The notes below the pieces were generated by a model that saw only the letters and a list, made by a program, of their open reading frames with translations, did no database searches and had not been told where the DNA came from. Positions 29,874-41,192 of a stretch of 64,000 nucleotides of DNA are shown piece by piece. Each line of letters starts with the position of its first letter. The first letter of the stretch is position 1. The position numbers and the translations under genes are program-made. Source of the stretch: Alphaproteobacteria bacterium (lineage in GTDB: Bacteria > Pseudomonadota > Alphaproteobacteria > Sphingomonadales > Sphingomonadaceae); the NCBI GenBank assembly GCA_037190625.1, contig JBBCJP010000008.1, positions 716-64,715 on the forward strand, given 5' to 3'.

Positions 29874-30082
29874 TGGCGTTGGTCGAGATCGGCCGCTACG
29901 TCGCCGGCTTCGAGGCGGACATCGATCGGCTGCGGCTTGAGGATGCCGGCATCTACGCCTTCGTCTTCGATTCCGGCATGGGCGCTCTGGTCGCCGGCGT
30001 GCGGTTGATGGTCGACGACGAGGATGAGGATGCGGCGCGCGCCTTGCTGCTCAGTCCAGCAGATAGGCGCGAAGGGGACTGA
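29873..30082 (+). CDS. DUF2007-like small protein
   Basis: L..AGIYAFVFD...GVRLMV..ED...AR.LL pattern. Confidence 0.75.
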   Translation: MALVEIGRYVAGFEADIDRLRLEDAGIYAFVFDSGMGALVAGVRLMVDDEDEDAARALLLSPADRREGD

Positions 30083-30463
30083 GATCGTAGCCGGCGCCGG
30101 CCGCCTTCTCGAACAGCTCCGTGCCGTCCGCCCCGCGGTCTTTTTCCGCCAGCGCCCATAGGAAGGTGGAGCGCGTCCCCGATTTGCAGAAGGCGAGCGT
30201 CCTGCCTTCCGCCGCATCCAGCGCATCGGCCATGGCGGCGACCTGCTCCGGTCCAAAGCCGCCCATCGTGACCGGGATATGCCGGTAGCCGATCCCGGCC
30301 GCCTGCGCCGCCGCCTCGATCTCCGCCGATGCCGGCTGCCCCGGCTCCTCGCCGTCCGGCCGGTTGTTGACGATCATCGTCACCCCCATGGCGGCCGCCT
30401 GCGCCACCTGCGCCGGTGCGATCTGGACGGACACCAAAGTCGAATCGTCGAGCGTCTTGAAGG

Positions 30464-30467
<4 letters not shown>
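30051..30467 (-). CDS. TIGR01244-family sulfur transferase / phosphatase-like protein
   Basis: IVNNRPDGEEPGQP and LAFCKSGTRS motifs. Confidence 0.88.
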
Positions 30468-32233
<1,766 letters not shown>

Positions 32234-32330
32234 CCGCGCGGTCCTAGCCGCAGCGCGCGCCGGAAGTCGAGTGCGTGCGGAACCTTCCCCTCACGCCTGC
32301 GCTCAACCCGGATCGAAATCGGAGATTCTC

Positions 32331-32951
32331 ATGCGTCATCGCGGCTATTTTCTGCTCCCCTTGCTTCTCGCCACCGCCTCATGCGGGCGCGAATCCACCG
32401 GCCCCGTCGACATCGCCAATGACGTCATGGCGCCACAGGCCGAGCGGAAAGTTGAGGCCGAGCCCGCCGAAGCGATGCTGACCGCCGAAGGCTGGGGACC
32501 GCTGCGGATCGGCATGACCCGCGCCGAGATCGAGGCCGCGGCCGGGCCCGATGCCGATCCCGAGGCGGTTGGCGGCGCCGAGCCCGAGCGCTGCGATCAG
32601 TTCCGCCCGGCCCGCGCGCCCGAAGGGCTTCTGGCGATGGTCGAGGACGGCCGCCTGACCCGCATCTCGCTGATCCGCGACAGCCGCTTGCGCAGCAGCG
32701 ACGGTTTCGGCCTCGGCACTCCGGCCGCCGACATCAAGGCCAGGCTTGGCGATGCGGCGCATGTCAGCCCGCACAAATATGTGGAGGCGCCGGCCGAATA
32801 TATCGATCACTGGGCGCCGGGCGTCGCCGTGACGGCCAATGTGGAAGATCCCGCGGCGCGCGGCATACGTTACGAGATCGGCGACGACGGCAGGGTTCAG
32901 GCTATCCACGCCGGCGGGCCCGCGATCCAATATGTCGAGGGTTGCGCCTGA
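32331..32951 (+). CDS. Lipoprotein of unknown function
   Basis: Lipobox ATASCG; WGPLRIGMT..E motif; C-terminal YVEGCA. Confidence 0.75.
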   Translation: MRHRGYFLLPLLLATASCGRESTGPVDIANDVMAPQAERKVEAEPAEAMLTAEGWGPLRIGMTRAEIEAAAGPDADPEAVGGAEPERCDQFRPARAPEGLLAMVEDGRLTRISLIRDSRLRSSDGFGLGTPAADIKARLGDAAHVSPHKYVEAPAEYIDHWAPGVAVTANVEDPAARGIRYEIGDDGRVQAIHAGGPAIQYVEGCA

Positions 32952-33052
32952 TCTGCACCGGGTTCCACTGCCGAACGGCGATTGCGGGCCGTGTCCTGCC
33001 GATTTGAGCCACGTGAAGAAGGCTGTGTGACGCGGCGGAAAGCGGTATTGCC

Positions 33053-33081
33053 GTTAATCGATAAATGATTTATTGATTAAC
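33053..33081. promoter_or_regulatory. 29-bp AT-rich palindrome, candidate operator of the DUF2975-HTH operon
   Basis: GTTAATCGATAAAT-G-ATTTATTGATTAAC, 13 of 14 positions pair. Confidence 0.7.
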
Positions 33082-33108
33082 AATAAGTGATTCGCAGGAG
33101 ATGCCGCC

Positions 33109-33612
33109 ATGCTTGGGTTCGTCCGCAATCTTCTCACGGTCTTGAACGTTCTCAATTGGCTTTGCATTGCGGTCTTTACCCTGATCGGCGCGTCCGCGCT
33201 TTTGGGCGGAGCCGGATTGGAGGCGCTGGTCAGCGAACGGTTCGCGGTCGCCGATGCGCACGCCATTCGCCTGCTCGTCGCGGGCGTTATGGGGATTGCC
33301 GCCGGCGTCGGCATCGCCGCGCATTTCATCCTGCGCAGGCTTGTGGCGATAATCGATACGGTCGCGATGGGCCGCCCGTTCAGTTTCGCCAATGCCGATC
33401 GTCTGCGCGTCATCGCCATCGCATTGCTGGCGATCCAGTTCTGCGATCTGATATTCGGCTGGCTTTCGATGCAGCTGACCGACGCGACAGGCGAGATGTT
33501 CGGCTGGAGCCCGTCGATTTCCGGCTGGATCGCGGTGTTCCTGCTGTTCGTGCTGGCGGAAGTGTTTCGACAGGGCGCCCGGATGCAGGACGAAATCGAG
33601 GCGACGGTCTGA
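33109..33612 (+). CDS. DUF2975 membrane protein
   Basis: Four TM segments, PFSFANADRLR, LAEVFRQGARMQDEIEATV. Confidence 0.88.
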   Translation: MLGFVRNLLTVLNVLNWLCIAVFTLIGASALLGGAGLEALVSERFAVADAHAIRLLVAGVMGIAAGVGIAAHFILRRLVAIIDTVAMGRPFSFANADRLRVIAIALLAIQFCDLIFGWLSMQLTDATGEMFGWSPSISGWIAVFLLFVLAEVFRQGARMQDEIEATV

Positions 33613-33842
33613 TGGCGGTGCGGGTGACTCTCGACGATATCCTCCATGACCGGCGGATGTCGCTGACCGAGCTTGCCGACCGGGTCGGTATCACGCTCGC
33701 CAATCTGTCGATCCTCAAGACCGGCAAGGCCAGGGCGATCCGGTTCACCACGCTCGACGCGATTTGCCGCGCGTTGCGCTGCAAGCCCGGCGATATCCTG
33801 ACGTTCGAGGAGGGGCCGCCCGACATTGAAGCGGGCGATTGA
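33612..33842 (+). CDS. Cro/C1-type HTH regulator (YozG-like)
   Basis: ELADRVGITLANLSILKTGKARAIRFTTL..IC..L.C.PGDIL. Confidence 0.92.
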   Translation: MAVRVTLDDILHDRRMSLTELADRVGITLANLSILKTGKARAIRFTTLDAICRALRCKPGDILTFEEGPPDIEAGD

Positions 33843-33849
33843 GCCGGAC

Positions 33850-35673
33850 TCACTCCGCCGCTTCGGCCTTCTCCTCCGCCTCGCGCTCGCTTTGCTGGCG
33901 GGTCCACATCTCCGCATAGAGGCCGCCGGCGCGCAGCAGCTCCGCATGGGTGCCGCGTTCGGCGACGCGGCCCTGGTCGAGCACGACGATCTGGTCGGCA
34001 TCGACCACCGTGGACAGCCGGTGGGCGATGACGATGGCGGTGCGCCGTTCGGCGACATTGCCGAGCGTCTCCTGGATCGCGTCCTCGGTGCGGCTGTCCA
34101 GCGCGCTGGTCGCCTCGTCGAGGATCAGGATCGGCGGGTCCTTCAGCAGGGTGCGGGCGATGGCGACGCGCTGCTTCTCGCCGCCGGAGAGCTTCAGTCC
34201 CCGCTCGCCGACCTTCGCCTCATAGCCTTCGGGCAGCGACAGGATGAAATCGTGGATCGCGGCGCCCCTGGCCGCGGCCTCGATCTCCGCTTGCGTCGCG
34301 CCCTCGCGGCCATAGCCGATATTGTAGCCGATCGTGTCGTTGAACAGCACGGTGTCCTGCGGCACGATGCCGATCGCAGCGCGCAGCGCAGATTGTTTCA
34401 CACCTGAAATATCCTGCCCGTCGATCGAAATCCGGCCCGCTTGCGGATCGTAGAATCGGAAGAGCAGGCGCGAGAGCGTGGACTTGCCCGCGCCGGACGG
34501 GCCGACCACCGCGACGGTCGTGCCGGGCGGCACGTCGAGGTCCACGCCCTTCAAAATCTCGCGCCCCGGCTCGTAGCTGAAATGCACGTCCTCGAAGCGG
34601 ACATGGCCGGCGGTGACGATGAGGTCCGGCGCGTCGGGCACGTCCCGGATTTCGGCGTTCGTGTCGATCACGCCGAACATCTGCTCCATGTCGATCAGGC
34701 CTTGGCGGATGTTGCGATAGACGAAGCCGAGCATGTCGAGCGGGCGGAAGAGCTGGGCCAGCATCGTGTTGACGAACACCACGTCGCCCGTCGTGAACAT
34801 GCCGCGCGACCAGCCCCAGACGCTGTAGCCCATCGCGCCCAGCATCATGATGTTGGTGATAAAGGACTGGCCGATATTGAGCCAGGCGAGGCTGGTCTCG
34901 TTCTTGGTCGCGCTGTTCGCATAAGCGCGCACCGCCTTGCCGTAGCGCTCCGCCTCGCGGGCCTCGGCGTTGAAATATTTGACCGTCTCGTAATTGAGCA
35001 GCGAATCCACCGCCCGCGCGATCGCCTGGTTGTCGATCTCGTTCATCTCGCGCCGCAGCTTGGTGCGCCATTCGGTGACGATGCGGGTGAACAGGATATA
35101 GGCGGCGACCATGACGAGCGTGGCGAGGACAAGGCCGGGGCCGAACTTGAACCAGAAGATGATGCAGACGGCGGTCAGCTCGATGATCGTCGGGGCGATG
35201 TTGAAGAGCAGGAAATAGAGCATCGAATCGATGCTCTTGGTGCCGCGCTCGACGATCTTGGTGAGGGCTCCGGTGCGCCGCTCGAGATGGTAGCGCAGCG
35301 ACAGCGCATGGACGTGGCGGAAGACGTTTTCGGACAATCGCCGCGCCGCGTCCTGCCCGACCCGCTCGAAGATCGCGTTCCGCAGATTGTCGAACAGCAC
35401 GCTGCCGAAGCGCGCGGCGGAATAAGCGAAGACCAGGGCCAGCGCGAGGCCGACAGCCGGCTCGAAGCCTGGCGCCATCCGGTCCACCACCGCCTTGTAG
35501 GCATAGGGCATGGCGATGAGCGTCGCCTTGGCCGCCAGCACCAGCAGCATGGCGATGACGACCCGGCTCTTGAGTGCGGTCTCGCCCGCAGGCCACAAAT
35601 AGGGGAGGAAACGCCGGAACGTCGCCCAGCCGGCTTGGTCCTTCACCTCTTCATTCGCCCCGTGCGCCGCCAT
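33850..35673 (-). CDS. ABCB-family exporter, Atm1/ABCB7-like
   Basis: RRTGALTKIVERG, DSLLNYETVKYF, GPSGAGKST, LSGGEKQRVA; start ATG 35673. Confidence 0.93.
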   Translation of the reverse strand: MAAHGANEEVKDQAGWATFRRFLPYLWPAGETALKSRVVIAMLLVLAAKATLIAMPYAYKAVVDRMAPGFEPAVGLALALVFAYSAARFGSVLFDNLRNAIFERVGQDAARRLSENVFRHVHALSLRYHLERRTGALTKIVERGTKSIDSMLYFLLFNIAPTIIELTAVCIIFWFKFGPGLVLATLVMVAAYILFTRIVTEWRTKLRREMNEIDNQAIARAVDSLLNYETVKYFNAEAREAERYGKAVRAYANSATKNETSLAWLNIGQSFITNIMMLGAMGYSVWGWSRGMFTTGDVVFVNTMLAQLFRPLDMLGFVYRNIRQGLIDMEQMFGVIDTNAEIRDVPDAPDLIVTAGHVRFEDVHFSYEPGREILKGVDLDVPPGTTVAVVGPSGAGKSTLSRLLFRFYDPQAGRISIDGQDISGVKQSALRAAIGIVPQDTVLFNDTIGYNIGYGREGATQAEIEAAARGAAIHDFILSLPEGYEAKVGERGLKLSGGEKQRVAIARTLLKDPPILILDEATSALDSRTEDAIQETLGNVAERRTAIVIAHRLSTVVDADQIVVLDQGRVAERGTHAELLRAGGLYAEMWTRQQSEREAEEKAEAAE

Positions 35674-35776
35674 GCTGTCCCAGATAGGGCCGGCCGCGCC
35701 CGAACCCAAGCGCCGAGACCGAAACGAACGGAACTCCTGCGGGCATTCCGCATTGGTGGTTCAGGAAGGAGCGGGT

Positions 35777-36076
35777 ATGGAACCGGTGCTTTTCGTGATG
35801 GCGATCCTGGGCTGCGGCGAGAGCGATGCGCCCTGCCGCGAGCTGCGTGTCGCCGAGACTCGCTATCAGTCGGAACAGGCGTGCATGGCCGCGACCGAAG
35901 AGGCGCTGCTCGCCAGCAGCGACCTTCCCTATCCCAACATCGTCGCCGATTGCCGCCGCGCGGGCATTCGCGTGGAGCCGCTGCGCGGCAGCGACCTGCT
36001 CCGGCCGGAGCCAGGCCGCTTGCCGGATATCGGGGCACGCTATGCCGGCGGGCTGCCGGTCAGATCGTCCCGCTGA
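35777..36076 (+). CDS. Hypothetical protein (sphingomonad-type, three Cys)
   Basis: MEPVLFVMAILGCGESDAPC...C...C with SD GGAG upstream. Confidence 0.65.
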   Translation: MEPVLFVMAILGCGESDAPCRELRVAETRYQSEQACMAATEEALLASSDLPYPNIVADCRRAGIRVEPLRGSDLLRPEPGRLPDIGARYAGGLPVRSSR

Positions 36077-38192
36077 TCGACAGGGTGAAGATCGGGCCGT
36101 AGGGACGGTCGCGATATTCGGTGAAGGCGATGTTGCTGTTCGTCGCGTTGCGGCGGCCGTCGAAGAAGGACCGGCGGAAGCTCTCATTGGTGTCGAGCAG
36201 GTTGTCGACGCTGGCCCGCACCGTCATTCCCATCACGTTCTTGTTCTCGACGAAGATCCCCAGGCTGCCCGGCGTGTCGAGATACTGGAAGCTCTGGTCG
36301 AGGCGGAAGCCCTGCGACTGGCGGAACTGGTTGGCGCTTGCGCCCCAGGCCCAAGTCGAACCGGGTATATCGTGGCGGAAATTGATCTCCAGCCGACGAG
36401 TCAGATTCTCGTTGATCGGCCGGCGGCGTCCGGTGAGCGGATCCTCCAGCGAGGTGCGCTGGAACTGGAGGTTCATGTCCAGACGGGCGCCGCGCCAGCC
36501 CAGCGGATCGAGGTTGAACGTGCTGGTCCATTGCAGGCCGTAGACCCGGGCTACGCCGTTGAGGTTTCCCGGCGCCTGTCCGGTCTCGCCGATCGGGATG
36601 ATATCGACCACATCGGTGATCAGCCGTCCGTAGAGCCGCGCCGTGGCGGTGCCCCAGGGGCCGAGGCCGCGGGTGACTTGAACCTGTCCGTTCCAGCTTT
36701 GCGGGGGCACGAGATTGGCATTGCCGGCATTGACCGTGCCGCCGCTCACATTGGTCGAGGCGACGAAATCGAAGAAGTTCAGTTGCCCGACCTGCCGTTC
36801 GACCCGAGCGCTCACGTCGAGGTTGTCGGCCGGCCGCCAGGCAAGGTTGAGGAAGCCCTTGGGCCGCCAGAATTCGCGCGTCTGGCCGTTGGCGCCGGAC
36901 TGGGAGAGCCGCGAATATTCGCCGCCGATCGAGGCCTGCAGGGTCAGATTCGACGCGAGCGGCCGTCCATAGGTCAGGATCGCCTCGGCGCGCTTTTCCT
37001 CCACCGTGCCGGCGGCATTGGGGAAGGGCACCGGCACGAAATCGCCGTCGGCATTCAGCACCGCCAGGCCGTTTTCGATGTCGAGCCGGTTCAGCGCACC
37101 TTCGGCGGAAATCTGCCAGTCGGCGCCGCCGCCGCGCCAGCGATATTCGGCGCGCGCGATCGTCTCCGCCTCGTCTGCGACCTGGCTGAAGCGTTGCCCC
37201 AGGGTTGGGCTGTCGTCGGCATAGGTCTCGATCAGCGTCTGGGTGAACGGGCTGTGCTCGAACCGGTGTGATCCGATCAGCTTCAGCCGCCCGCCGCCGA
37301 GGCCGAATTCGTAATCGCCGCCGAAATCGTAATTATATTCGCGCTCGATCTCCCGCACGGTCCGCACGCGGTCGGGCTGCCCGGGTCCGGAGCGCGTGCC
37401 GTCCTCGCCGACGGTGGAATGGTAGAGTGCGACGCCGCCATTGAGGTTGAGCACCGAACCGTTGCCGAAGGCGCGGCGGATCGATCCGGCGAGCCGCGGC
37501 GCCTCCACATTGACGAACAGCACTTCGTCGCGACGATCGATGATCGTGCCGTCGGGCGTGAAGACGATCTCCGGCCCGGCATTGCCGTTCCGTCGGCTGT
37601 CGTTGCGCAGGCTCAAAGTATATTGCGTGCCGCCGAGCGCGCCGGTGACGGACACCTCGCCGTCGAGCAGACGGGCGGGCGTGCGCCGCGCCCGGATCTG
37701 CGGGCGCCAGGCGAAATTGCCGGATAGCTGGCGCGAGGCGGTGACGACATTCGCCACCTGGCCGGTCAGGCCGGACACGTTCAGCGTCGCGCCGTCGACG
37801 ATCTCGATGCGCACGACATTGGCGGCGCTGATCTGGCGCAGTTCGGTGAAGATATCAGTGGACCTGCCGAGGAAGCGCTCGCCGTTGATCAACACGTTGC
37901 CGGTCGCCTGGCCCAGGCCGCGGCGGCTGGTGTCGCCGGCGTCGATCGCGAATCCGGGCACCCGGTTCAGCATGTCGAGGGCGCTGCGCGGCGCGTAGCG
38001 GGCGAAATCGGCCGCCGCATAGGTACGCGGCCCTTCCGATGCGGCGGCTGCGGCCTCGCTTCCCGTGGCTGGCGGCGCGTCACCCGGCGGCGTTTCGGCG
38101 TCTTGCGCGAAAGCTGGCGCGGCCGATGCCATCAGGCTGATCGCCAGCGCCCGCCATGCGCCCGCCATCGCTTCGTGTCGCGTCGCAATCAT
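36060..38192 (-). CDS. TonB-dependent receptor
   Basis: Signal peptide, plug DMLNRVPGF..VLINGER, beta-strand-rich barrel. Confidence 0.85.
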   Translation of the reverse strand: MIATRHEAMAGAWRALAISLMASAAPAFAQDAETPPGDAPPATGSEAAAAASEGPRTYAAADFARYAPRSALDMLNRVPGFAIDAGDTSRRGLGQATGNVLINGERFLGRSTDIFTELRQISAANVVRIEIVDGATLNVSGLTGQVANVVTASRQLSGNFAWRPQIRARRTPARLLDGEVSVTGALGGTQYTLSLRNDSRRNGNAGPEIVFTPDGTIIDRRDEVLFVNVEAPRLAGSIRRAFGNGSVLNLNGGVALYHSTVGEDGTRSGPGQPDRVRTVREIEREYNYDFGGDYEFGLGGGRLKLIGSHRFEHSPFTQTLIETYADDSPTLGQRFSQVADEAETIARAEYRWRGGGADWQISAEGALNRLDIENGLAVLNADGDFVPVPFPNAAGTVEEKRAEAILTYGRPLASNLTLQASIGGEYSRLSQSGANGQTREFWRPKGFLNLAWRPADNLDVSARVERQVGQLNFFDFVASTNVSGGTVNAGNANLVPPQSWNGQVQVTRGLGPWGTATARLYGRLITDVVDIIPIGETGQAPGNLNGVARVYGLQWTSTFNLDPLGWRGARLDMNLQFQRTSLEDPLTGRRRPINENLTRRLEINFRHDIPGSTWAWGASANQFRQSQGFRLDQSFQYLDTPGSLGIFVENKNVMGMTVRASVDNLLDTNESFRRSFFDGRRNATNSNIAFTEYRDRPYGPIFTLSISGTI

Positions 38193-38313
38193 TCAAACCC
38201 TCCCCGAATGCCGGCCCGTCGCGGCCCGCTACATTTGTGGCATATCAGTGGCGCGACGAACCTGAACGCCAGACTAACAGCCCTGCCCCCGAAACGACCG
38301 GCTCGACGAACCG

Positions 38314-38335
38314 GTGTTTTGTCTCGATAAAACAC
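38314..38335. promoter_or_regulatory. Imperfect palindrome upstream of the TonB receptor
   Basis: GTGTTTTGTC-TC-GATAAAACAC, 9 of 10 positions pair. Confidence 0.45.
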
Positions 38336-38355
38336 ATGCCGGGCGCCACGCCTTT

Positions 38356-38374
38356 ATTGCGATCCGTTCGCAAT
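38356..38374. promoter_or_regulatory. Candidate alphaproteobacterial Fur box
   Basis: ATTGCGA-TCCGT-TCGCAAT, a 19-bp 7-5-7 palindrome of the TGCGA-N5-TCGCA type known from Caulobacter. Confidence 0.6.
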
Positions 38375-38503
38375 TCCAATCCTCGAAAGAATGCGGAGCG
38401 TGCAGGCGCTGAAATTTCGCGCCAGCATCATCGCGCGCACCGCTCTTCCGCCCCCGCCGGTCTTGCGGTAGGCTTGCCGCGAAAAATGCAGGAGGGGCAG
38501 ATC

Positions 38504-38938
38504 GTGCGGACATTTCTCGGCATCGCCGCGGGCATAATCGTCGGACTGGCCAGCGCGGCGGGAATCGGCTTCCTGGGCGATTTTTTGTTTCCCAGCGGCA
38601 TCGCCGTGGAGCGCTACACTGCGGCGGTGGCGGCCGATATCTTTCCGCGCCTGCCGTTCGAGGCACAGCTTCTTTCCATCCTGTCCTGGGGCATCGCGAC
38701 GCTGATCGGCGCCTCGCTCGCCAAGAAGATCGCCGGCCGATCCTGGGCCGCCTGGGCAGTCGCCGCCTTCTTCGTCGCCTATGTGGTCCTCACCTTGCTC
38801 GTCCTGCCGATGCCGGGCTGGATGCAGGCCGTCGCGATCGGCGGGCCGGTGATTGGGGGCTTCATCGCCAACCGCCTCGTGGCCGAACGGCCGGCCGCCG
38901 AGGCGCCGGTGGAAGCGCCCGACGATGCGGACCTGTAA
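38504..38938 (+). CDS. Hypothetical membrane protein
   Basis: Four hydrophobic segments; GTG start after GAGGGG. Confidence 0.7.
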   Translation: MRTFLGIAAGIIVGLASAAGIGFLGDFLFPSGIAVERYTAAVAADIFPRLPFEAQLLSILSWGIATLIGASLAKKIAGRSWAAWAVAAFFVAYVVLTLLVLPMPGWMQAVAIGGPVIGGFIANRLVAERPAAEAPVEAPDDADL

Positions 38939-39272
38939 TAGCTTCGCCGAATTCTGGCCCTTCTACCTGCGCGAGCATGCGCGGCCGCGCACGCGCGCAT
39001 TGCATTATATCGGCACCAGCCTGGTCGTGATCCTCGCGCTCGTCGCGCTTGCGACCGGGCACTGGTGGCTGTTCGCGGCGTTGCCGTTCGCCGGCTACGG
39101 CTTCGCCTGGGCGGCGCATTTCTTCGTCGAGCGCAATCGGCCGGCCACCTTCACCTATCCCTTATGGTCGCTCGCCGCGGATTTCCGCATGTGGGGCTTG
39201 TGGCTCGCCGGACGGCTCGGTCCGGAGCTGGAGCGCGCCGGCGTCGCGCCGGACAGTCCCAAAGCCCGTTGA
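38925..39272 (+). CDS. DUF962 / Mpo1-like membrane protein
   Basis: [45 protein letters not shown]. Confidence 0.9.
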   Translation: MRTCNSFAEFWPFYLREHARPRTRALHYIGTSLVVILALVALATGHWWLFAALPFAGYGFAWAAHFFVERNRPATFTYPLWSLAADFRMWGLWLAGRLGPELERAGVAPDSPKAR

Positions 39273-39412
39273 GTCGTTTCTGTCCGGAAACGGACAGGCG
39301 TTCGAAATCGCACCGCCAAGCCTTGGTGAAATCCACCATCTGTTGGCGGCGTGCTTTGCGCCAGATCGTTCGCAAAAATTGGAAAACGGCTGATTTCCGC
39401 CAAAAATTCCGT

Positions 39413-39429
39413 TTGGCACGCCCTCTGCA
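39413..39429 (+). promoter_or_regulatory. Sigma54 (RpoN) -24/-12 promoter
   Basis: TTGGCACGCCCTCTGCA, GG-N10-GC spacing exact; about 55 nt upstream of the small ORF. Confidence 0.75.
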
Positions 39430-39482
39430 AAACATTGGGCATGATCGTCGGATGGTCCGACGCTCACAAACGGAGACGAAAA

Positions 39483-39593
39483 ATGACGCTTTCTTATGCC
39501 AACCTGCAGAACATCGCCGCTTCGGTGGTCGCCGCTCTGGTCGCCAGCAGCCTGTTCATTTCCGCCGCCATCGGCCCGGTTCCGGTCATCTGA
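39483..39593 (+). CDS. 36-aa single-TM small protein
   Basis: MTLSYANLQNIAASVVAALVASSLFISAAIGPVPVI, SD GGAG upstream, follows the sigma54 promoter. Confidence 0.7.
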   Translation: MTLSYANLQNIAASVVAALVASSLFISAAIGPVPVI

Positions 39594-39646
39594 TGACCGG
39601 GCCGGCCACCCGCGCCGCCCAACCCGATTTCGACAGGATCTACGAC

Positions 39647-39835
39647 ATGAACAGCCCCTATGCCCTCGACAAGTCCAATGCCAAGCTGCTCGGCGTCTGC
39701 GCCGGCCTGGCGCGGACGACCGGCTGGGACCCCCTGGCCATTCGCCTCGGCGCGGTTGCCGCGACGATCCTGCTCTTCGGCCCGTTCGGCATCCTGCTCT
39801 ATGTCCTCTGCGCGCTGCTTGCCGAAAGCCGCTGA
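39647..39835 (+). CDS. PspC-domain protein
   Basis: LDKSNAKLLGVCAGLA..TGWDPLAIRLG...LY PspC signature; alternative start at 39593. Confidence 0.85.
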   Translation: MNSPYALDKSNAKLLGVCAGLARTTGWDPLAIRLGAVAATILLFGPFGILLYVLCALLAESR

Positions 39836-40243
39836 AACCGCGAACCGCCCTGCCGGTCCCGCCTAGCGGATCGGCAGGAACAGGCCGAGCACCGCAAGGG
39901 CCAGGGCCATCGTGGCGATGATCGGCGCGATCCGCGCGACCTGCGCCGCTCCCGCCGCCTCTTGGGCGGCATCTCCCTCATCTTTCTGCGAAATCCGCGC
40001 CTCCCTCCGGCTCTGCCCGTCGGAGCGTCCGCCCGCCGTCGCGGTAAGTCAATCGCCGCGCATCGTTTCGGCGGATTAACCAAAGATAACGGGCTCATTC
40101 AGCCATCGCTCAATCGCACTCGGCCATTGGCCGTTCCGGGCTGGTCGCCGCGCATCTGCGTCCCGCCCCGGTATCCTGGGTTCCCTCGCGTCGCGTAACG
40201 AGGGAGGGGCCGGCCTTCCGCATGGAGGGCCGGCCCCATTGTT

Positions 40244-40900
40244 TCAGGCCGACGCCTCGGGGAACATGTGCGCATAGGGCGCGGCTTCGGCCAGCACCCG
40301 GGTGAAGCTCGGCCGCGCCTCGAGCCGCTCCAGATAAGCGCTCAATATGGGCAGGCGCGCGCGAAACGGCCGCACCTTGTTTGCATAATGCAGCGCCGGT
40401 GCCGCCGCGCAATCGGCCAGGCTGAAATCCTCGCCCGCCGCCCAGCTCCGGTCGGCCAGCTCGGTCTCCAGCCAGGCATAGCTCCTGTCGAGAAGGTCGC
40501 GCGCGCGCGCCACGTCGTCTGCGTTGCGCGTTTCCGCCGGGCGGATCCGATCGAACACGATCTGCTGCATTGGCGTCATGACGTAATGGTCGAACACCCG
40601 GTCCATCATGCGCACCTTCAGCGCCGCGTCGGGATCGGCATGGTGCGGGATCAGGGGCGTCGGCCCGCGATGATGCAGGCCGAGATATTCGATGATGATC
40701 GAAGATTCGGCGATCGTCCGGCCGCGGTCGGTGAGCACCGGCATCTTGCCGATCGGCCAGAGCATCGCGAACTCGGCGCCATTGCCCGGATGCTCCGGAT
40801 CGAGCTGCCGGAACGCGAACGGCGTGCCGTTCTCGTAGAGCGCGATCAGCACTTTCCAGCAATAGGAGGAGAGCGGGTGGGCATAGAGTGTCAGGGCCAT
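40244..40900 (-). CDS. Glutathione S-transferase family protein
   Basis: HPLSSYCWKV..ALYE, WPIGKMPVL, ESSIIIEYL, FSLADCAAAPAL. Confidence 0.92.
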   Translation of the reverse strand: MALTLYAHPLSSYCWKVLIALYENGTPFAFRQLDPEHPGNGAEFAMLWPIGKMPVLTDRGRTIAESSIIIEYLGLHHRGPTPLIPHHADPDAALKVRMMDRVFDHYVMTPMQQIVFDRIRPAETRNADDVARARDLLDRSYAWLETELADRSWAAGEDFSLADCAAAPALHYANKVRPFRARLPILSAYLERLEARPSFTRVLAEAAPYAHMFPEASA

Positions 40901-40979
40901 GGCGACCTCCTCTTTCAGCAGGTCATTCTAGCCTTCCGAAAAAAGCCCGGAAAACCGCCAATGCGACGAACCGAGTCCG

Positions 40980-40994
40980 TTAACGACGATTTAC
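40980..40994. promoter_or_regulatory. CtrA-like site upstream of nrdA
   Basis: TTAA-CGACGAT-TTAC (consensus TTAA-N7-TTAA). Confidence 0.4.
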
Positions 40995-41020
40995 CCTCTT
41001 GTGTCTGATTCCAGATGAGG

Positions 41021-41066
41021 CACAATGGCTAGTGGCGCTTCAAAGGGGGAGCCGCTAGCGGTTGTG
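41021..41066. promoter_or_regulatory. Tandem NrdR boxes
   Basis: CACAATGGCTAGTG (41021-41034) and CGCTAGCGGTTGTG (41053-41066), 32 bp apart, upstream of RNR genes. Confidence 0.75.
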
Positions 41067-41192
41067 GGAGCGTGACCCGGCGGGCATTTGCCGCCGGGCG
41101 AGGCCGGCCTGTCTCTGTGGATATCGGGGACAAGCGCAAAATCGCCCGCCGCTCCCCATATTAGGCGCCTATGATGGCGTGTGGTTCCGCTG

